Source of the DNA: a candidate division FCPU426 bacterium
GTDB lineage: Bacteria; Oederibacteriota; Muellerivitia; Muellerivitales; Muellerivitaceae
DNA length: 64,000 bases
Assembly: GCA_963796105.1 (NCBI GenBank)
Contig: CAWCKJ010000012.1
Span: forward strand, 96,001 to 160,000
Reading direction: 5' to 3'
Notes under the pieces: model-generated
Databases searched by the model: none
What the model saw: only the letters and a program-made list of their open reading frames with translations
Told to the model about the DNA's origin: nothing
Part shown: in pieces, positions 7,665 to 20,131 of the stretch
Layout: each line of letters starts with the position of its first letter
How positions within the stretch are numbered: position 1 is the stretch's first letter
Translations under genes and position numbers: made by a program

Positions 7665-10600
7665 TCAAGAACCGTTTGTCGCGAATGCTTGAAGGGATTT
7701 CACCCGGATCTCATGCTTTTTCAAAGCCTCAATCCCATTGGCCGCCGCGGCGCAGGCGGAAAGGGTCGTGATGCATGGCACGTTGTACATCACCGCGGCC
7801 CTGCGGATTTGGAAATCATCGGAGCGGGGCCCCTTGCCTGCCGGTGTGTTCATGATGAGTTGAATCCCATGGTTTTTGATCAAGTCCACGACATTGGGGC
7901 GGCCCTCAAAAACCTTTCGAACCACCGTGACCTCAATGCCGTTACTAATAAGGGAATGGGCGGTACCTTGGGTGGCCACCAGATTGAAACCCATATCCTT
8001 GAGCCGCTTGGCGATAAAGATAACCGAGCGTTTGTCCTTGTTCTTGACGGAGACGAACACCGTCCCTTTGAGGGGCAGGGCCGAATTGGCCGCCATCTGG
8101 CTTTTGGCGAAAGCCATTCCAAAATCCTGGTCGATCCCCATAACCTCCCCGGTGGATTTCATCTCGGGACCCAGCACCGTGTCCACTCCCGGGAACCGAT
8201 TGAACGGAAACACAGATTCCTTGACCGCGACATGGTTCATGTATGAAACCTCTTTGAGTTTCAAGGATGTCAGGGATTTTCCCGCCATAAGCCGGGCCGC
8301 GACTTTGGCCCAGGGCGTGCCGGTCGCCTTGGAAACAAAAGGCACGGTCCGGGACGCGCGGGGATTCACCTCAAGAACATAAACCATGTCGTTCTTGATG
8401 GCGTATTGCACGTTCATGAGGCCCTTGACCTTGAGGGCCAGTGCCATTTCCTTCGTGTACTTGCGGATGGTCCCGATTTGGTCCTCCCTCAGGGTATAGG
8501 GAGGGATCACGCAAGCGGAGTCCCCTGAATGGATGCCAGCCTCCTCGATATGTTCCATGATGCCGGCAATAAGCGCCTCCTTCCCATCGCAAACACAATC
8601 CACATCCACCTCGATGGCGTCCTCCAGGAAATGGTCGATCAGGATTGGAAGGTTGGGAGCCGCCTCTGCCGCCCTCGCCACGAAATCATCAAGCATAGAC
8701 TCATCAAAAACTATCTCCATGGCCCTTCCGCCCAGTACATAGGATGGTCTTACCATGACGGGATAACCGACCTTCCGCGCGACCGGCATGGCTTCCTTGA
8801 CGTTCATGGCGATTCCATTGTCAGGCTGACGGATCTTGAGCCTTCTCAAAAGGTTCCCGAAAAGCCTGCGATCCTCCGCCATATCAATGGAGTCCGGCGA
8901 TGTGCCGATGATGGGAGCGCCGGCCTTTTTCAAGGGAACCGCAAGTTTAAGGGGGGTCTGGCCCCCGAACTGGACAATAACACCCTTGGGATGCTCCCGG
9001 TCCAGGATGTTCATGACATCCTCAAAGGTCAGCGGCTCGAAATACAACCGGTTGGAAGTGTCATAGTCCGTGGAGACGGTTTCAGGATTATTGTTGATCA
9101 TGATGACTTCATGACCGTCTTCCTTGAGAGCGAAAGCCCCGTGAACACAACAATAATCAAACTCGATTCCCTGCCCGATACGGTTGGGACCACCGCCCAG
9201 GATCACGATTTTCTCCGCTTGGGACGGGGCCGCCTCAGGGTCTCCGCCCAGGAAAGAGGAACGGCCGACCTCGTAAGTAGAGTAAAGATAGGGGGTAAAG
9301 GCCTCGAACTCCGCAGCGCAGGTATCGACCATCTTGTAAACCGGAATGATCTTGAGCGACTTGCGGTACTTGCGAACTTCTGTTTCCTTGATCCCGCATA
9401 AAAAGGACAGTTGCTGGTCCGAAAAACCCATGGCCTTCGCCCGGCGCAATAGGTCTTCCGGCAGTTTAGTTTTCAGTTTTCCTTTGCGTGATGTCGTCTT
9501 TTCCAATTCCTTCTCAAGATCCACGATATCCTTGAGCTCGTTCAAGAACCAGGGATCTATAGCCGTCAGTTTGTAAATTCTCTCCACTTCATAACCCTGT
9601 AACAGGGCTTGTCGCACAAAAAAGTGCCGTTGAGAAGTTGGTTTGCGCAGCTGGGCATCCAAGAGATCATGCGGCAAGTGCTTGGGTTTTCGGGAGCCCG
9701 TCTTCTGCCAACGGCCTTCCTTGTACTCGCTACCGTCAGCCCCTAAGCCGATAGTCCCTGTTTCCATGGAGCGCAGGGCCTTCTGGTAGCTTTCCTTGAA
9801 AGTTCTCCCGATGGACATTGTCTCACCCACGCTTTTCATCTGGGTGTTCAGGATATCCTCCGCCTCGACGAACTTCTCGAAGGTGAAGCGGGGAATCTTA
9901 GTCACGACGTAGTCGATGGTTGGCTCGAAAGCGGCCTTGGTGTATCTAGTAATGTCATTGAATATCTCATCCAGCGTGTATCCTACCGCGAGTTTGGCCG
10001 CGATCTTAGCGATGGGAAAACCCGTGGCCTTTGAGGCCAGGGCCGATGAACGGGACACGCGAGGGTTCATCTCGATCATGACCATCCGCCCAGTCTTGGG
10101 GTCCACTCCAAACTGGATGTTGGACCCGCCTGTGTCCACGCCGATTTCCCGGATACAGGCGATGGAGGCGTCCCTCATGCGCTGATATTCCTTGTCGGTC
10201 AAGGTCTGGGCGGGCGCCACCGTGACCGAGTCGCCCGTATGGATGCCCATGGGGTCCATGTTCTCGATGGAGCAGATAATGACCACGTTGTCCTTGAGGT
10301 CGCGCATGACCTCCATCTCGTATTCTTTCCATCCCAACACGGACTCTTCCACCAGGCACTGATGGATTGGAGAAAGATCCAGGCCCTTAGCCAAACTTTC
10401 CTCGAACTCCTGTCGGTTGTAGGCGATCCCCCCTCCAGTGCCGCCTAGCGTGAAAGCGGGCCGGATGACAACTGGGTATCCATTTTCCTCAGCAAATCCC
10501 AATCCTTCTTCCAAGTTCTTGACTGTGAGGGATTCCGGTAAATCCAATCCTATCTTCAGCATAGCTTCCTTAAAAAGCTGCCGGTCCTCTGCCTTTTTGA

Positions 10601-10967
10601 TGGCCGCCAAATTGGCACCGATCAACTCGACCTTGAACTCGTTCAGGGTGCCGTTTTCCGCGAGGGCTACCGCCGTATTTAGGGCCGTCTGTCCGCCTAA
10701 AGTTGGCAAAAGCGCGTTGGGGCGCTCTTTTTCGATGATTTTTCTGACGATTTCAGGGGTAATTGGCTCCACATAAGTCTGGTGGGCGAATTCCGGATCG
10801 GTCATGATGGTGGCTGGGTTCGAATTGATGAGGATAACCTCAAAGCCCTCTTCTTTCAGGGCTTTGCATCCTTGGGTTCCTGAATAGTCAAATTCGCAGG
10901 CCTGCCCGATGATGATGGGCCCCGCCCCGATGACCATGATTTTTTTAATGTCGGTACGTTTAGGCAT
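7665..10967 (-). CDS. carB: Carbamoyl-phosphate synthase large subunit
   Basis: [17 protein letters not shown], duplicated ATP-grasp domains, [13 protein letters not shown] domain; 1100 aa. Confidence 0.99.
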   Translation of the reverse strand: MPKRTDIKKIMVIGAGPIIIGQACEFDYSGTQGCKALKEEGFEVILINSNPATIMTDPEFAHQTYVEPITPEIVRKIIEKERPNALLPTLGGQTALNTAVALAENGTLNEFKVELIGANLAAIKKAEDRQLFKEAMLKIGLDLPESLTVKNLEEGLGFAEENGYPVVIRPAFTLGGTGGGIAYNRQEFEESLAKGLDLSPIHQCLVEESVLGWKEYEMEVMRDLKDNVVIICSIENMDPMGIHTGDSVTVAPAQTLTDKEYQRMRDASIACIREIGVDTGGSNIQFGVDPKTGRMVMIEMNPRVSRSSALASKATGFPIAKIAAKLAVGYTLDEIFNDITRYTKAAFEPTIDYVVTKIPRFTFEKFVEAEDILNTQMKSVGETMSIGRTFKESYQKALRSMETGTIGLGADGSEYKEGRWQKTGSRKPKHLPHDLLDAQLRKPTSQRHFFVRQALLQGYEVERIYKLTAIDPWFLNELKDIVDLEKELEKTTSRKGKLKTKLPEDLLRRAKAMGFSDQQLSFLCGIKETEVRKYRKSLKIIPVYKMVDTCAAEFEAFTPYLYSTYEVGRSSFLGGDPEAAPSQAEKIVILGGGPNRIGQGIEFDYCCVHGAFALKEDGHEVIMINNNPETVSTDYDTSNRLYFEPLTFEDVMNILDREHPKGVIVQFGGQTPLKLAVPLKKAGAPIIGTSPDSIDMAEDRRLFGNLLRRLKIRQPDNGIAMNVKEAMPVARKVGYPVMVRPSYVLGGRAMEIVFDESMLDDFVARAAEAAPNLPILIDHFLEDAIEVDVDCVCDGKEALIAGIMEHIEEAGIHSGDSACVIPPYTLREDQIGTIRKYTKEMALALKVKGLMNVQYAIKNDMVYVLEVNPRASRTVPFVSKATGTPWAKVAARLMAGKSLTSLKLKEVSYMNHVAVKESVFPFNRFPGVDTVLGPEMKSTGEVMGIDQDFGMAFAKSQMAANSALPLKGTVFVSVKNKDKRSVIFIAKRLKDMGFNLVATQGTAHSLISNGIEVTVVRKVFEGRPNVVDLIKNHGIQLIMNTPAGKGPRSDDFQIRRAAVMYNVPCITTLSACAAAANGIEALKKHEIRVKSLQAFATNGS

Positions 10968-10984
10968 TATTCCTCTTCAATGAA

Positions 10985-12184
10985 TCAACTGTTTTTTTCC
11001 ACTAACTCCCTGAACTGCTTGAACAAGTAACTCGAATCGTGCGGACCCGGCGAAGCCTCCGGGTGGTATTGAACGCTGAAAACCGGCTTGTTAATCATTT
11101 CCATCCCCTCGCTGGTGTTATCGCTCAAGTTGATGTGGGTGGTGATCACCTCATGCAGGTCTAAGCTCTCGTTCTCGACGCAAAACCCGTGGTTTTGGCT
11201 GGTGATTTCCACCTTTCGGGTAATATTGTTGATGACCGGCTGGTTGGCCCCGCGGTGCCCAAATTTAAGCTTGTAGGTCTTCCCGCCCATGGCCAATCCC
11301 AAAATCTGGTGCCCAAGGCAAATACCGAATATGGGAATGTTTTTTTTGATCAACTCCCTCACCGTATCAATGACGTAAGGCACGCCTTCCGGGTCTCCAG
11401 GACCGTTGGAAAGAAACACGCCCCGAACCCCTCCGCCGAGCACCGTCTCGACATTGACGGTAGCAGGATGCACTTGCACCTCAAATCCCTGGGCCGTAAG
11501 TTTGCGCAATATGTTGTACTTGATCCCGCAATCCAACGCCGCGATCTTGATTTTAGGTCCATCAGGTTCAGGCTTTTGGGAATGCATCTGCACGAGCAAA
11601 TCCCCTTGCTGGGCCTTTTCCGCTTCTTTGACATTGGAGGAGGAATCCAGGTTGTAGGGCAATTCGGTCCAACGGTAGGGTTTTTCGCATGTGACTTCCT
11701 TCACTAAATCCCTGCCGATCAAACCCTGGCTGTCCTTGGCCTGCTTGATGAGTTTCTTCGGATCCAATTCGTTTGTGGAAAGAACCCCTTTTTTGGCGCC
11801 GAATTGGCGCAAGTGGGCTGTTAATGCCCTGGTGTCGATCCCCTCAATTCCGATGATGTTGTTCTTTTTCAAGTAATCGGAAAGAGAAGTGGCCATACGG
11901 TAATTGGAGGGGTGCTTACAATATTCCCGCACCACGAAACCCTCGACAAATGGCTTGCGGGACTCGATATCCACCTGGTTCACACCGGTATTGCCGATCA
12001 TGGGATAGGTCATCGTAACAATTTGGCCCTTATAGGAAGGATCTGTTAGGACTTCCTGGTAGCCCGTCATGGCGGTATTGAATACCACTTCCCCAAAGGA
12101 CTTGCTGTCGGCCCCAAATGATTGGCCCTCAAACCAGGTGCCGTCCTCAAGCGCCAGTACTGCTTTTTTTATTTTGTTCGCCAT
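10985..12184 (-). CDS. carA: Carbamoyl-phosphate synthase small subunit
   Basis: GEVVFNT, LSNGPGDP, FGICLGHQ, QYHPEASPGP. Confidence 0.99.
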   Translation of the reverse strand: MANKIKKAVLALEDGTWFEGQSFGADSKSFGEVVFNTAMTGYQEVLTDPSYKGQIVTMTYPMIGNTGVNQVDIESRKPFVEGFVVREYCKHPSNYRMATSLSDYLKKNNIIGIEGIDTRALTAHLRQFGAKKGVLSTNELDPKKLIKQAKDSQGLIGRDLVKEVTCEKPYRWTELPYNLDSSSNVKEAEKAQQGDLLVQMHSQKPEPDGPKIKIAALDCGIKYNILRKLTAQGFEVQVHPATVNVETVLGGGVRGVFLSNGPGDPEGVPYVIDTVRELIKKNIPIFGICLGHQILGLAMGGKTYKLKFGHRGANQPVINNITRKVEITSQNHGFCVENESLDLHEVITTHINLSDNTSEGMEMINKPVFSVQYHPEASPGPHDSSYLFKQFRELVEKNS

Positions 12185-12187
12185 TCC

Positions 12188-13474
12188 TTAATTTTCCGCC
12201 TGATATTTGATTTCACCGCTCACGATTGTCATCACAGCCCATCCCCTAAGATTCCATCCGTTGAAGGGCGTGTTTCGTCCCCGGCTCTTGAATTGATTTG
12301 CATCCACTTTCTTTTCAGTTTTAATGTCGAACAAAGTCACGTCCGCGTCCGCCCCTTCCGACAAAGTTCCCTTATTGATCCCGATAATCCTGGAGGGTGC
12401 CAGGGTCAAAAGCTCGACAGCCCTTGAAAGAGTGATCACTCCCGGCTCCACGAGGTGGCTGATAGTCAACGGAAAAAGGGTTTCCAACCCAACAATCCCG
12501 AATGAGGCCTCGTCGAACTCGCATAGCTTCTCGGTAGAGGCGTGGGGTGCGTGGTCGGTAGCGATGCAATCAATGACCCCTTCCTTCAAACCCCTTCGAA
12601 TGGCCGCCACATCCTCCTCCCCCCTGAGGGGCGGGTTCATCTTGAAGTTAGTGTTGTAATTCTTGATGGACTTGTCGGAAAGGGTCCAGTAATGGGGCGC
12701 TGTCTCAGCCGTCACCTTGAGGCCTTTTTTCTTGGCCTGCCGCACAAGTTCCACAGATCCGGCCGTGGATAAATGAGCCACGTGGAATTTAGCCCCTGTC
12801 ATCTCCGCCAGGAGGATGTTCCTGGCCACCATGACGGTCTCGGAGGCGGCTGGTATGCCCCTCAGGCCCAGCAGGGTCGAGGCTAAACCCTCATTCATGA
12901 CTCCGTTGTGGGAAAGATTAGAGTCCTCGCAGTGATCAATAATAACTAGGTCAAGCATCTTGCAGTATTCCATGGCCCGGCGCATGAGTTCCGCGTTCAT
13001 GACAGGCGCCCCGTCGTCGGAAAGCCCGACAACCCCCGCCCTTTTTAGCTCGCCCAATTCCGCCATTTCAGCCCCTTCCCGGCGTTTGGAGATGCAACCG
13101 ATGGGAAAAACATGGCAATGGCCTTCCTTCTCAGCCTTGGCCACGATGAGATCCACCATCGCTTGGTCGTCGATAGGGGGATTGGTGTTAGGCATGCAGG
13201 CGACCGAGGTGACTCCTCCCGCAACCGCGGCAAGAGTCCCCGTGGCTATGGTTTCCTTGTATTCGAAGCCTGGTTCTCTTAAATGGGTATGGATATCCAC
13301 TAAACCCGGAGTGACGATTTTCCCTTTGGCGTTCAGAGTCCTGTCCGCCTTCACTTTTATGGATTTACCCACTTTCGCGATTGAGCCATCCTTGAGGAAA
13401 ACATCAAACTGGCCGTCCAATTGGTTGGCCGGATCTATGACATGGCCGCCGCTGATTAATATGCTTTTGCTCAT
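12188..13474 (-). CDS. pyrC: Dihydroorotase (type I)
   Basis: DIHTHLREPG, MPNT, KMNPPLR, ATDHAPH. Confidence 0.98.
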   Translation of the reverse strand: MSKSILISGGHVIDPANQLDGQFDVFLKDGSIAKVGKSIKVKADRTLNAKGKIVTPGLVDIHTHLREPGFEYKETIATGTLAAVAGGVTSVACMPNTNPPIDDQAMVDLIVAKAEKEGHCHVFPIGCISKRREGAEMAELGELKRAGVVGLSDDGAPVMNAELMRRAMEYCKMLDLVIIDHCEDSNLSHNGVMNEGLASTLLGLRGIPAASETVMVARNILLAEMTGAKFHVAHLSTAGSVELVRQAKKKGLKVTAETAPHYWTLSDKSIKNYNTNFKMNPPLRGEEDVAAIRRGLKEGVIDCIATDHAPHASTEKLCEFDEASFGIVGLETLFPLTISHLVEPGVITLSRAVELLTLAPSRIIGINKGTLSEGADADVTLFDIKTEKKVDANQFKSRGRNTPFNGWNLRGWAVMTIVSGEIKYQAEN

Positions 13475-13504
13475 TTGAAATCACGCACTTTCATTGAACA
13501 TTTG

Positions 13505-14446
13505 TTATCCATCAGTTTTCATTTCCCTTTGCTCTCCCTGAAGCAGATAAAGCACCGCCATTCGGACCGCAACCCCGTTTGTGACTTGGTCGTCGATAAC
13601 GGAAGAAGGACCATCCGCAACGCCTGAGGAGATTTCTACGCCCCGGTTCATGGGCCCTGGGTGCATGACGATCGCGTCCTTCTTGGCCCTTTTCAGCCTC
13701 TCGGTGTTGACTCCGTAAAGCATGGAATATTCCCGAATGGTCGGAAAAAGGTTGCTCTTTTGCCTCTCCAACTGCAATCGCAGGACGTAAACCACATCCG
13801 CCCCTTCCAGGGCCTTATTCAGGTCCCAGAAAACCTCCACGCCCATTTTCTCGATGCCCATGGGGATCAAGGTGGGCGGTCCGCAAAGACGGACCTTGGC
13901 GCCCAAGCGCGTAAGCCCGTAGATATCCGATCGGGCCACGCGACTATGGGTGATATCCCCGATAATCGTCACGGTCAATCCCCTGATGGAACCTTTGTGT
14001 TCCCGGATGGTGAAAAGATCCAGGAGTCCCTGGGTGGGATGCTCATGGGCGCCATCCCCCGCGTTGACGACCGAAGCCTGGGTCACATCAGCCAGCATTC
14101 GGGGAACACCCGAACATTTGTGGCGGACGACCAAGGCGTCGATAGTCATGGACTCAAGTGTCTTCAAGGTGTCAATCAAAGTTTCCCCTTTCACCAGGGA
14201 AGATGCAGATGTTTGGACATTGATGATATCCGCTGAAAGCCTTTTGGCAGCCAACTCAAAGGAAGTGCGGGTGCGGGTGGAGGGTTCGTGAAAAAATAGG
14301 ACCACCGTACGGCCACGAAGGGCCGGGACTTTCTTGACCGAACGAGTGGAAACTTCCTTGAAGGAAGCGGCCGTGTCAAGAATGTGGACCATATCCGCGG
14401 CGGAAAGCTCCTCCAACGTCAGCAGGTCCTTGGATTTCCAGCTCAT
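13505..14446 (-). CDS. pyrB: Aspartate carbamoyltransferase catalytic subunit
   Basis: [32 protein letters not shown]. Confidence 0.98.
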   Translation of the reverse strand: MSWKSKDLLTLEELSAADMVHILDTAASFKEVSTRSVKKVPALRGRTVVLFFHEPSTRTRTSFELAAKRLSADIINVQTSASSLVKGETLIDTLKTLESMTIDALVVRHKCSGVPRMLADVTQASVVNAGDGAHEHPTQGLLDLFTIREHKGSIRGLTVTIIGDITHSRVARSDIYGLTRLGAKVRLCGPPTLIPMGIEKMGVEVFWDLNKALEGADVVYVLRLQLERQKSNLFPTIREYSMLYGVNTERLKRAKKDAIVMHPGPMNRGVEISSGVADGPSSVIDDQVTNGVAVRMAVLYLLQGEQREMKTDG

Positions 14447-14472
14447 CGATGATCCTTCCGGTTTTTCATGAA

Positions 14473-15018
14473 CTATTCCTTCTCCGCTATGACGACCTCG
14501 TCCTTTCCGTCCTTTTCCTTTACATGAACCAGAACCTCCTCCCGCAGGGAGGAAGGTATGTTTTTACCAACGTAATCGGCGTTGATGGGGAATTCCCGAT
14601 GGCCCCGGTCCACCAGCACAGCCAGCCGGATCGCAATGGGTCTTCCAAAATCAATGATCTGGTCCAAGGCCGCGCGAACACTCCGCCCGGTATGGAGCAC
14701 ATCATCCACAAGGATAACTTTCTTGTTGTTCACGTCAAAGGGAAGGTGGGTGGCTTCCGGAGCCTTTTCCGGTTTATGGATGCCCGCATCGTCGCGGTAA
14801 AAGGTGATATCCAGCGCCCCGCAGGGCACCTCAGTCCCTTCGATAGATTTAAGTTTGGCGGCCAACCGCTCAGCCAGAATTTCACCGCGGCTACGAATCC
14901 CGATAAGGACGAGGTTTTGGATGCCTTTGTTTCGCTCCAGGATCTCATGGGCAATGCGGGTCAAGGCCCGGTCCATATCGCTTGCCTCAAGAACAACAGT
15001 TTTAACTTTCGAGGTCAT
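14473..15018 (-). CDS. pyrR: Bifunctional pyr attenuation regulator / uracil phosphoribosyltransferase
   Basis: [43 protein letters not shown]. Confidence 0.97.
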   Translation of the reverse strand: MTSKVKTVVLEASDMDRALTRIAHEILERNKGIQNLVLIGIRSRGEILAERLAAKLKSIEGTEVPCGALDITFYRDDAGIHKPEKAPEATHLPFDVNNKKVILVDDVLHTGRSVRAALDQIIDFGRPIAIRLAVLVDRGHREFPINADYVGKNIPSSLREEVLVHVKEKDGKDEVVIAEKE

Positions 15019-15077
15019 GAGAACCCCCCGATTGCTTTATTAAATCGCTATTTTTGAACTGGAAAATTGAAGGGGAC

Positions 15078-15115
15078 AAAAAAAATCCCGGGCCACCCGG
15101 ATAGGGTGTTCGGGA
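15078..15115 (-). terminator. Attenuator terminator in the pyr leader
   Basis: mRNA UCCCGAACACCC-UAUCC-GGGUGGCCCGGGA followed by 8 U, between promoter and pyrR start. Confidence 0.85.
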
Positions 15116-15152
15116 CAAGTGAAAACATAGTGCGATTTTATTCATCTTTTTT

Positions 15153-15184
15153 CCTTTGGGGACTCTCTGGACCCCGATTAAAGG
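15153..15184 (-). promoter_or_regulatory. PyrR-binding RNA hairpin (anti-antiterminator)
   Basis: mRNA CCUUUAAUCGGGGUCCAGAGAGUCCCCAAAGG matches the CUUUAA and ARUCCNGNGAGGYU elements with a few deviations. Confidence 0.88.
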
Positions 15185-15201
15185 CACATCAACCGATTTG
15201 A

Positions 15202-15229
15202 ATTATAGTTTTTTTCAATCGAGTGTCAA
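15202..15229 (-). promoter_or_regulatory. Sigma70-type promoter of the pyr operon
   Basis: Exact TTGACA (15229-15224), 16-bp spacer, TATAAT (15207-15202). Confidence 0.88.
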
Positions 15230-15293
15230 GTCACAAACCATCTTAAACATTTTTCCGGAAAGGTTTTTAAAAGAAGACGCGCGAATCGAAGAA

Positions 15294-16397
15294 TCAATTC
15301 AACGTCTGCCTAAACCGGCTGGCGCTCAAGGTGACCGCGAAAACAGCCATGAGGCACAAAGCCCCCACGTTGATCAGAACCAGGCCCGGATCACCTCCCT
15401 TGAGCATGATGTTCCTCAACAGCGCTACGAAATACATGAGCGGGTCCAGGTATGCGACCGGCTTCAGCATCCAAGGCATGTTTTCGACCGGAAAAATAAG
15501 GCCGGAAAGCTGTAACGCGGGGAAAATGAAAAGAAACCCCCCCATGGCGGTCTGCCTCATGTTCCGGGTGAAGGTGGACAGCAAAACCCCCAGGCTCACC
15601 GTGTTGCACACGAAAGCCAGGGACGCCACCAGGAGCATCCAAAGCGGTCCCCGCATGGGTATCCTGAACCCAAAAACCGCCACCGCCAGCACCAGAAGCA
15701 TGTCGACCATCCCAATGATCATGAAAGGTACAGTTTTCCCCAGGAGGATCTCATAAACCTTGGCGGGGGAAGCGATTAGGGTCTCGAAGGTTCCCAGTTC
15801 CTTTTCCCGGGAAATGGCCGCCCCGGTAATGATAATGGTGATAATCACGAGGATCATGCACAACACCCCCGGAACCATGAAAAGGGGAGTCTCCATTTCC
15901 GGGTTATAAAGATACCGCACAGAAAAACTCACGGGCGGGGTCGGCGCGGAACCCTGTTTCTCGGCCGCCACCTGGTTGGCGATAGCCTGGATATAGGATT
16001 CGATACTTTGGGCCTTCACGATATTGGCGGCGTCCACCAAGAGCTGAATCCTTCCGTCCCCCCTTCCCAGGGCCCTGTTCAATCCCCCCTCCGGTGCCAG
16101 GAGGACCGCGTCAGCCGCGCCCGTTTGGATGAGCTTGAATGGATCCCCTTCCCTCCTCGTGGCGGGAATGAACCATCCGGAACCGTAACAATGCTCCTCG
16201 ATCCTCCGGCATAGGGTATCTTCGGGCTTATAGACCGCGGCCAGCTTGACGTTTCGGGTCTCAGTGGAGATGGCCAGGCCGAAGAGGGTGAGCTGTATGA
16301 CTGGCATGACGAACAGGATCATCCTGAGGCGCTTCTCCCTCCAGGTCTGAATCATCTCCTTGCGGATGAAACCCAGGACGACGGGGTTAGCCCTCAT
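15294..16397 (-). CDS. ABC-2 permease, YbhR-like
   Basis: FIRKEMIQTWR, YLYNPE, REKELGTFETLIASP, multiple TM helices. Confidence 0.93.
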   Translation of the reverse strand: MRANPVVLGFIRKEMIQTWREKRLRMILFVMPVIQLTLFGLAISTETRNVKLAAVYKPEDTLCRRIEEHCYGSGWFIPATRREGDPFKLIQTGAADAVLLAPEGGLNRALGRGDGRIQLLVDAANIVKAQSIESYIQAIANQVAAEKQGSAPTPPVSFSVRYLYNPEMETPLFMVPGVLCMILVIITIIITGAAISREKELGTFETLIASPAKVYEILLGKTVPFMIIGMVDMLLVLAVAVFGFRIPMRGPLWMLLVASLAFVCNTVSLGVLLSTFTRNMRQTAMGGFLFIFPALQLSGLIFPVENMPWMLKPVAYLDPLMYFVALLRNIMLKGGDPGLVLINVGALCLMAVFAVTLSASRFRQTLN

Positions 16398-17515
16398 GGT
16401 TCCACGTCCTTTTTAAACTTTCTCGTGGCCACGGTGATGAAAACCACGTCCATGAAAAAAAGCACCAACAAGGGTACCGCCAGGTCGGCTAAACTGTTAC
16501 CCCTTAGGAACAATCCCCTCATGACTTGCATGAACCATCGGGCCGGAAAGATCATGGTGAAACACCGGAAAAAGGTGTTCATGTTCTCAATCGGGAAAAT
16601 GAACCCCGAAAGAAGCAGGGAGGGCAGCATGCCAGCTATCAGGGAGAATTGGATGGCCGTGAGCTGGTGCCGTGTGGTCACCGAGATGAAAAGGCCCAGC
16701 GCCATGCCGGCTGCCAGGAACAGCATGGTCCCCAAAAGTAATAAAAGGTTGCTTCCGACAAAGGGGACGCCGAAAAGTAGGCGGCCTGCCAGGTAAATGA
16801 GGGCCTGGGCGATGAGTCCCAACGCCAAGTAGGGCGCGAGCTTGCCCATGATAATCTCCAGGGGATGCACGGGGGTGGAAAGAAGCAATTCCATGGACCC
16901 GTTTTCCCATTCCCGTGCCACGGTGATGGCGGTCAGCATGATGGCCAGTATGGCCAGAACCACCACGGACAAACCCGGCACCGTGAACCATCGGCTGTTG
17001 AGTTCGGGATTGAAAAGGTATCTTGTCTGAACCTGGATGGGTGGCCTCATTTTCTTCCCGGCCAAACGTTCGGTGGCCGCCAGTTGGATTCCGTTCAGGT
17101 ACCCCCCGATGATGCCGGCCGTGGAGTTGTCCGATCCGTCCACCAGTACCTGCGCGGTCGCGGTACCTTTTTTAGCCAGGTCCCGCCCAAAATTCGGCTC
17201 GATGAAAAGCGCAGCCTTGGCCTCCTGGGAGTCCAGGCTTTTGGCCGGGTTGGCCGGCAGGTTTTCGAGATAAACTTTGAAATATCCCGAGCATTGGAAC
17301 AATTCGGCCAATTGGCGGGAGGCGCGGCTTTTGTCCTGGTCGTAAATAGTGATATGGATGTCGTGAACGTTGAAATCCATGGCATAGCCGAAGAAAAGCA
17401 CCATGATCATAGGCAGCCCGAGGGCCAGCCCCAGCGTGAAAGGGTCCCTCACGATATGGCGGACCTCTTTCACCGCGATGGAATAAGCTCTTCTAAAGTT
17501 GATAGTGTTCGCCAT
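16394..17515 (-). CDS. ABC-2 permease, YbhS-like
   Basis: KEVRHIVRD, FNPELNSRWF, AREWENGSMELLLSTP; ATGA overlap with next gene. Confidence 0.93.
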   Translation of the reverse strand: MANTINFRRAYSIAVKEVRHIVRDPFTLGLALGLPMIMVLFFGYAMDFNVHDIHITIYDQDKSRASRQLAELFQCSGYFKVYLENLPANPAKSLDSQEAKAALFIEPNFGRDLAKKGTATAQVLVDGSDNSTAGIIGGYLNGIQLAATERLAGKKMRPPIQVQTRYLFNPELNSRWFTVPGLSVVVLAILAIMLTAITVAREWENGSMELLLSTPVHPLEIIMGKLAPYLALGLIAQALIYLAGRLLFGVPFVGSNLLLLLGTMLFLAAGMALGLFISVTTRHQLTAIQFSLIAGMLPSLLLSGFIFPIENMNTFFRCFTMIFPARWFMQVMRGLFLRGNSLADLAVPLLVLFFMDVVFITVATRKFKKDVEP

Positions 17516-17518
17516 CTC

Positions 17519-18429
<911 letters not shown>

Positions 18430-18433
<4 letters not shown>

Positions 18434-19161
18434 GCCGTCACCCCCGCGTGCCTCAGGAACAATTCCTCGAAGCTGAGCATGCCCTCTGCCTGAAGCACAG
18501 AGGCCGGCTCGCCGGTAGCCAGCAGGCTCCCCTTTTCCATGAGATGCACCCGGTCGCACCTCTCGGCCTCGTCCATGTAAGCCGTCGTGATGATGATGAG
18601 GATTCCCTGGTCGCGCAGCCTATAAAGCAACTCCCAGAATTCCCTCCGGCTGATGGGGTCCACCCCCGTGGTGGGCTCGTCCAGCATCATGGCGTTGGGC
18701 GACTGCAATAGCGCGCACATGAGACCCAGTTTCTTGTACATGCCGCCCGAGAGCTGGCCCGCGGGGCGGTCCTTGAACTTTTCCAGGCGCGTGATATTCA
18801 TCAGTTCCGCGCGGCGCTCCCGGTAAACGGGCGCGGAGATCTGGTACAGGTCCCGGAAGAAATCCAGGTGCTCGGAAATGGAAAGATCCGCGTACAGGCT
18901 TTGCATTTGCGGCATGTAGGCCATTTGTGGCCGGACCTGGGCGAAAGTCGTGGGTTTCCCACCCTCCAAGTAGGTTATCTGGCCCTGGTCGGGCTTCAAT
19001 AGTCCCACCAGCAAGCGCAACAAGGTGGTTTTGCCCGACCCCTCTGGTCCGATGAGACCGTGCAGGAGGGACGGATCGAACGACAGGCTGACGCCGTTCA
19101 GGGCGTGGTTGGGGCCCATATTTTTTTTAATGTTATCAACCTTGATGCTTATATTTCCCAA
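18430..19161 (-). CDS. ABC transporter ATP-binding protein
   Basis: Walker A GPEGSGKTT, LSGGM, LDEPTTGVDP; resembles the N-terminal half of YbhF-type ATPases. Confidence 0.93.
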
Positions 19162-19244
19162 CCCTATCTCCCTTATGGAAAATCGTTAAAATGATAACTT
19201 ACTCGACTTTGGCAAATTTTAAAAAGCATGTCCCTAGTGTTGAT

Positions 19245-19341
19245 TCCCCCCTTTGAAAAAGGGGGTTAGGGGGTATTAGTCGTTGTCAGAACGGTACGGA
19301 AAGACTAACTCCCCCTTTTTCCCCCTCTTTCAGAGGGGGAA
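19245..19341 (-). repeat. Structured palindromic intergenic repeat, copy 1
   Basis: Reverse complement shares TTCCCCCTCTGAAAGAGGGGGA (22 nt) and CCCCCTTTTTCAAAGGGGGGA (21 nt) exactly with 63689-63786. Confidence 0.88.
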
Positions 19342-19385
19342 ACGCGGGGCAACCCGCGATTTGCCAAAGTTGAAAACCTATAAAT

Positions 19386-20111
19386 TTATTGGGGCAGGTC
19401 CGCTTCAAGGGTCATACCCAGCTTTAAGATTCCATCCGGATTGTCGAAAATCACTTTCACCGCGTAAACCAGGTTCGTGCGTTCCTGCCGGGTTTGAACG
19501 TTCTTCGGGGTAAACTCCGCCTCGTCACTGATATGCGTAATGGTCCCCTGGAAAACCTTACCCTTGAGCTCATTGAGCTTGGCGGTCACCTTTTGGCCAT
19601 AAGAAAGTTTCATCGGGACAGGCTGTGGCACGTAAAAAAGACACCAGACCTGGCGCAAGTCCGCAAGGGTGAAAAGCTTGGCGCCGGTGGGAACCCATTC
19701 CCCGGCCTCGTGGTACTTGGTCAAGACCCTTCCCAGGATGGGAGAGGTGACGTTGCACCATTTCACCCTCAGGTCCGCAAGTTCCTTTTGAGATTTCAGG
19801 TGGTTGAAGGTTTCCTCGGGGATGGAGCCGCTTTTAAAGAGCTTCAAACCCCGGTTATAGTCGTCGGCGGCTAGTCCCTGGGTGAGCTTGTAATCCTGTC
19901 CGTCCAGGACAGCCAGCGGCTGGCCCAACGTGACTGCAGAACCCTCGTCCACGGCCAGCGAGGCGATACTGGAAGCCACCTGGGAAGAAACGTCCACCTC
20001 AGTGGCCTCCACCGTCCCGGCGTACCCGAAGGCGTTGACCTTCACCCGCCAATAAATGAGAGCCCCCAAGCCCAAGATCACGGCCAACAGGATAGGGATT
20101 CTTTTTTTCAT
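19386..20111 (-). CDS. HlyD/YbhG-family periplasmic adaptor (short alpha-hairpin)
   Basis: N-terminal TM, GTVEATEV, ISDEAEFTPKNVQT, LVYAVKV. Confidence 0.93.
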   Translation of the reverse strand: MKKRIPILLAVILGLGALIYWRVKVNAFGYAGTVEATEVDVSSQVASSIASLAVDEGSAVTLGQPLAVLDGQDYKLTQGLAADDYNRGLKLFKSGSIPEETFNHLKSQKELADLRVKWCNVTSPILGRVLTKYHEAGEWVPTGAKLFTLADLRQVWCLFYVPQPVPMKLSYGQKVTAKLNELKGKVFQGTITHISDEAEFTPKNVQTRQERTNLVYAVKVIFDNPDGILKLGMTLEADLPQ

Positions 20112-20131
20112 GGTTTCTCTCCTTGAGTGGT

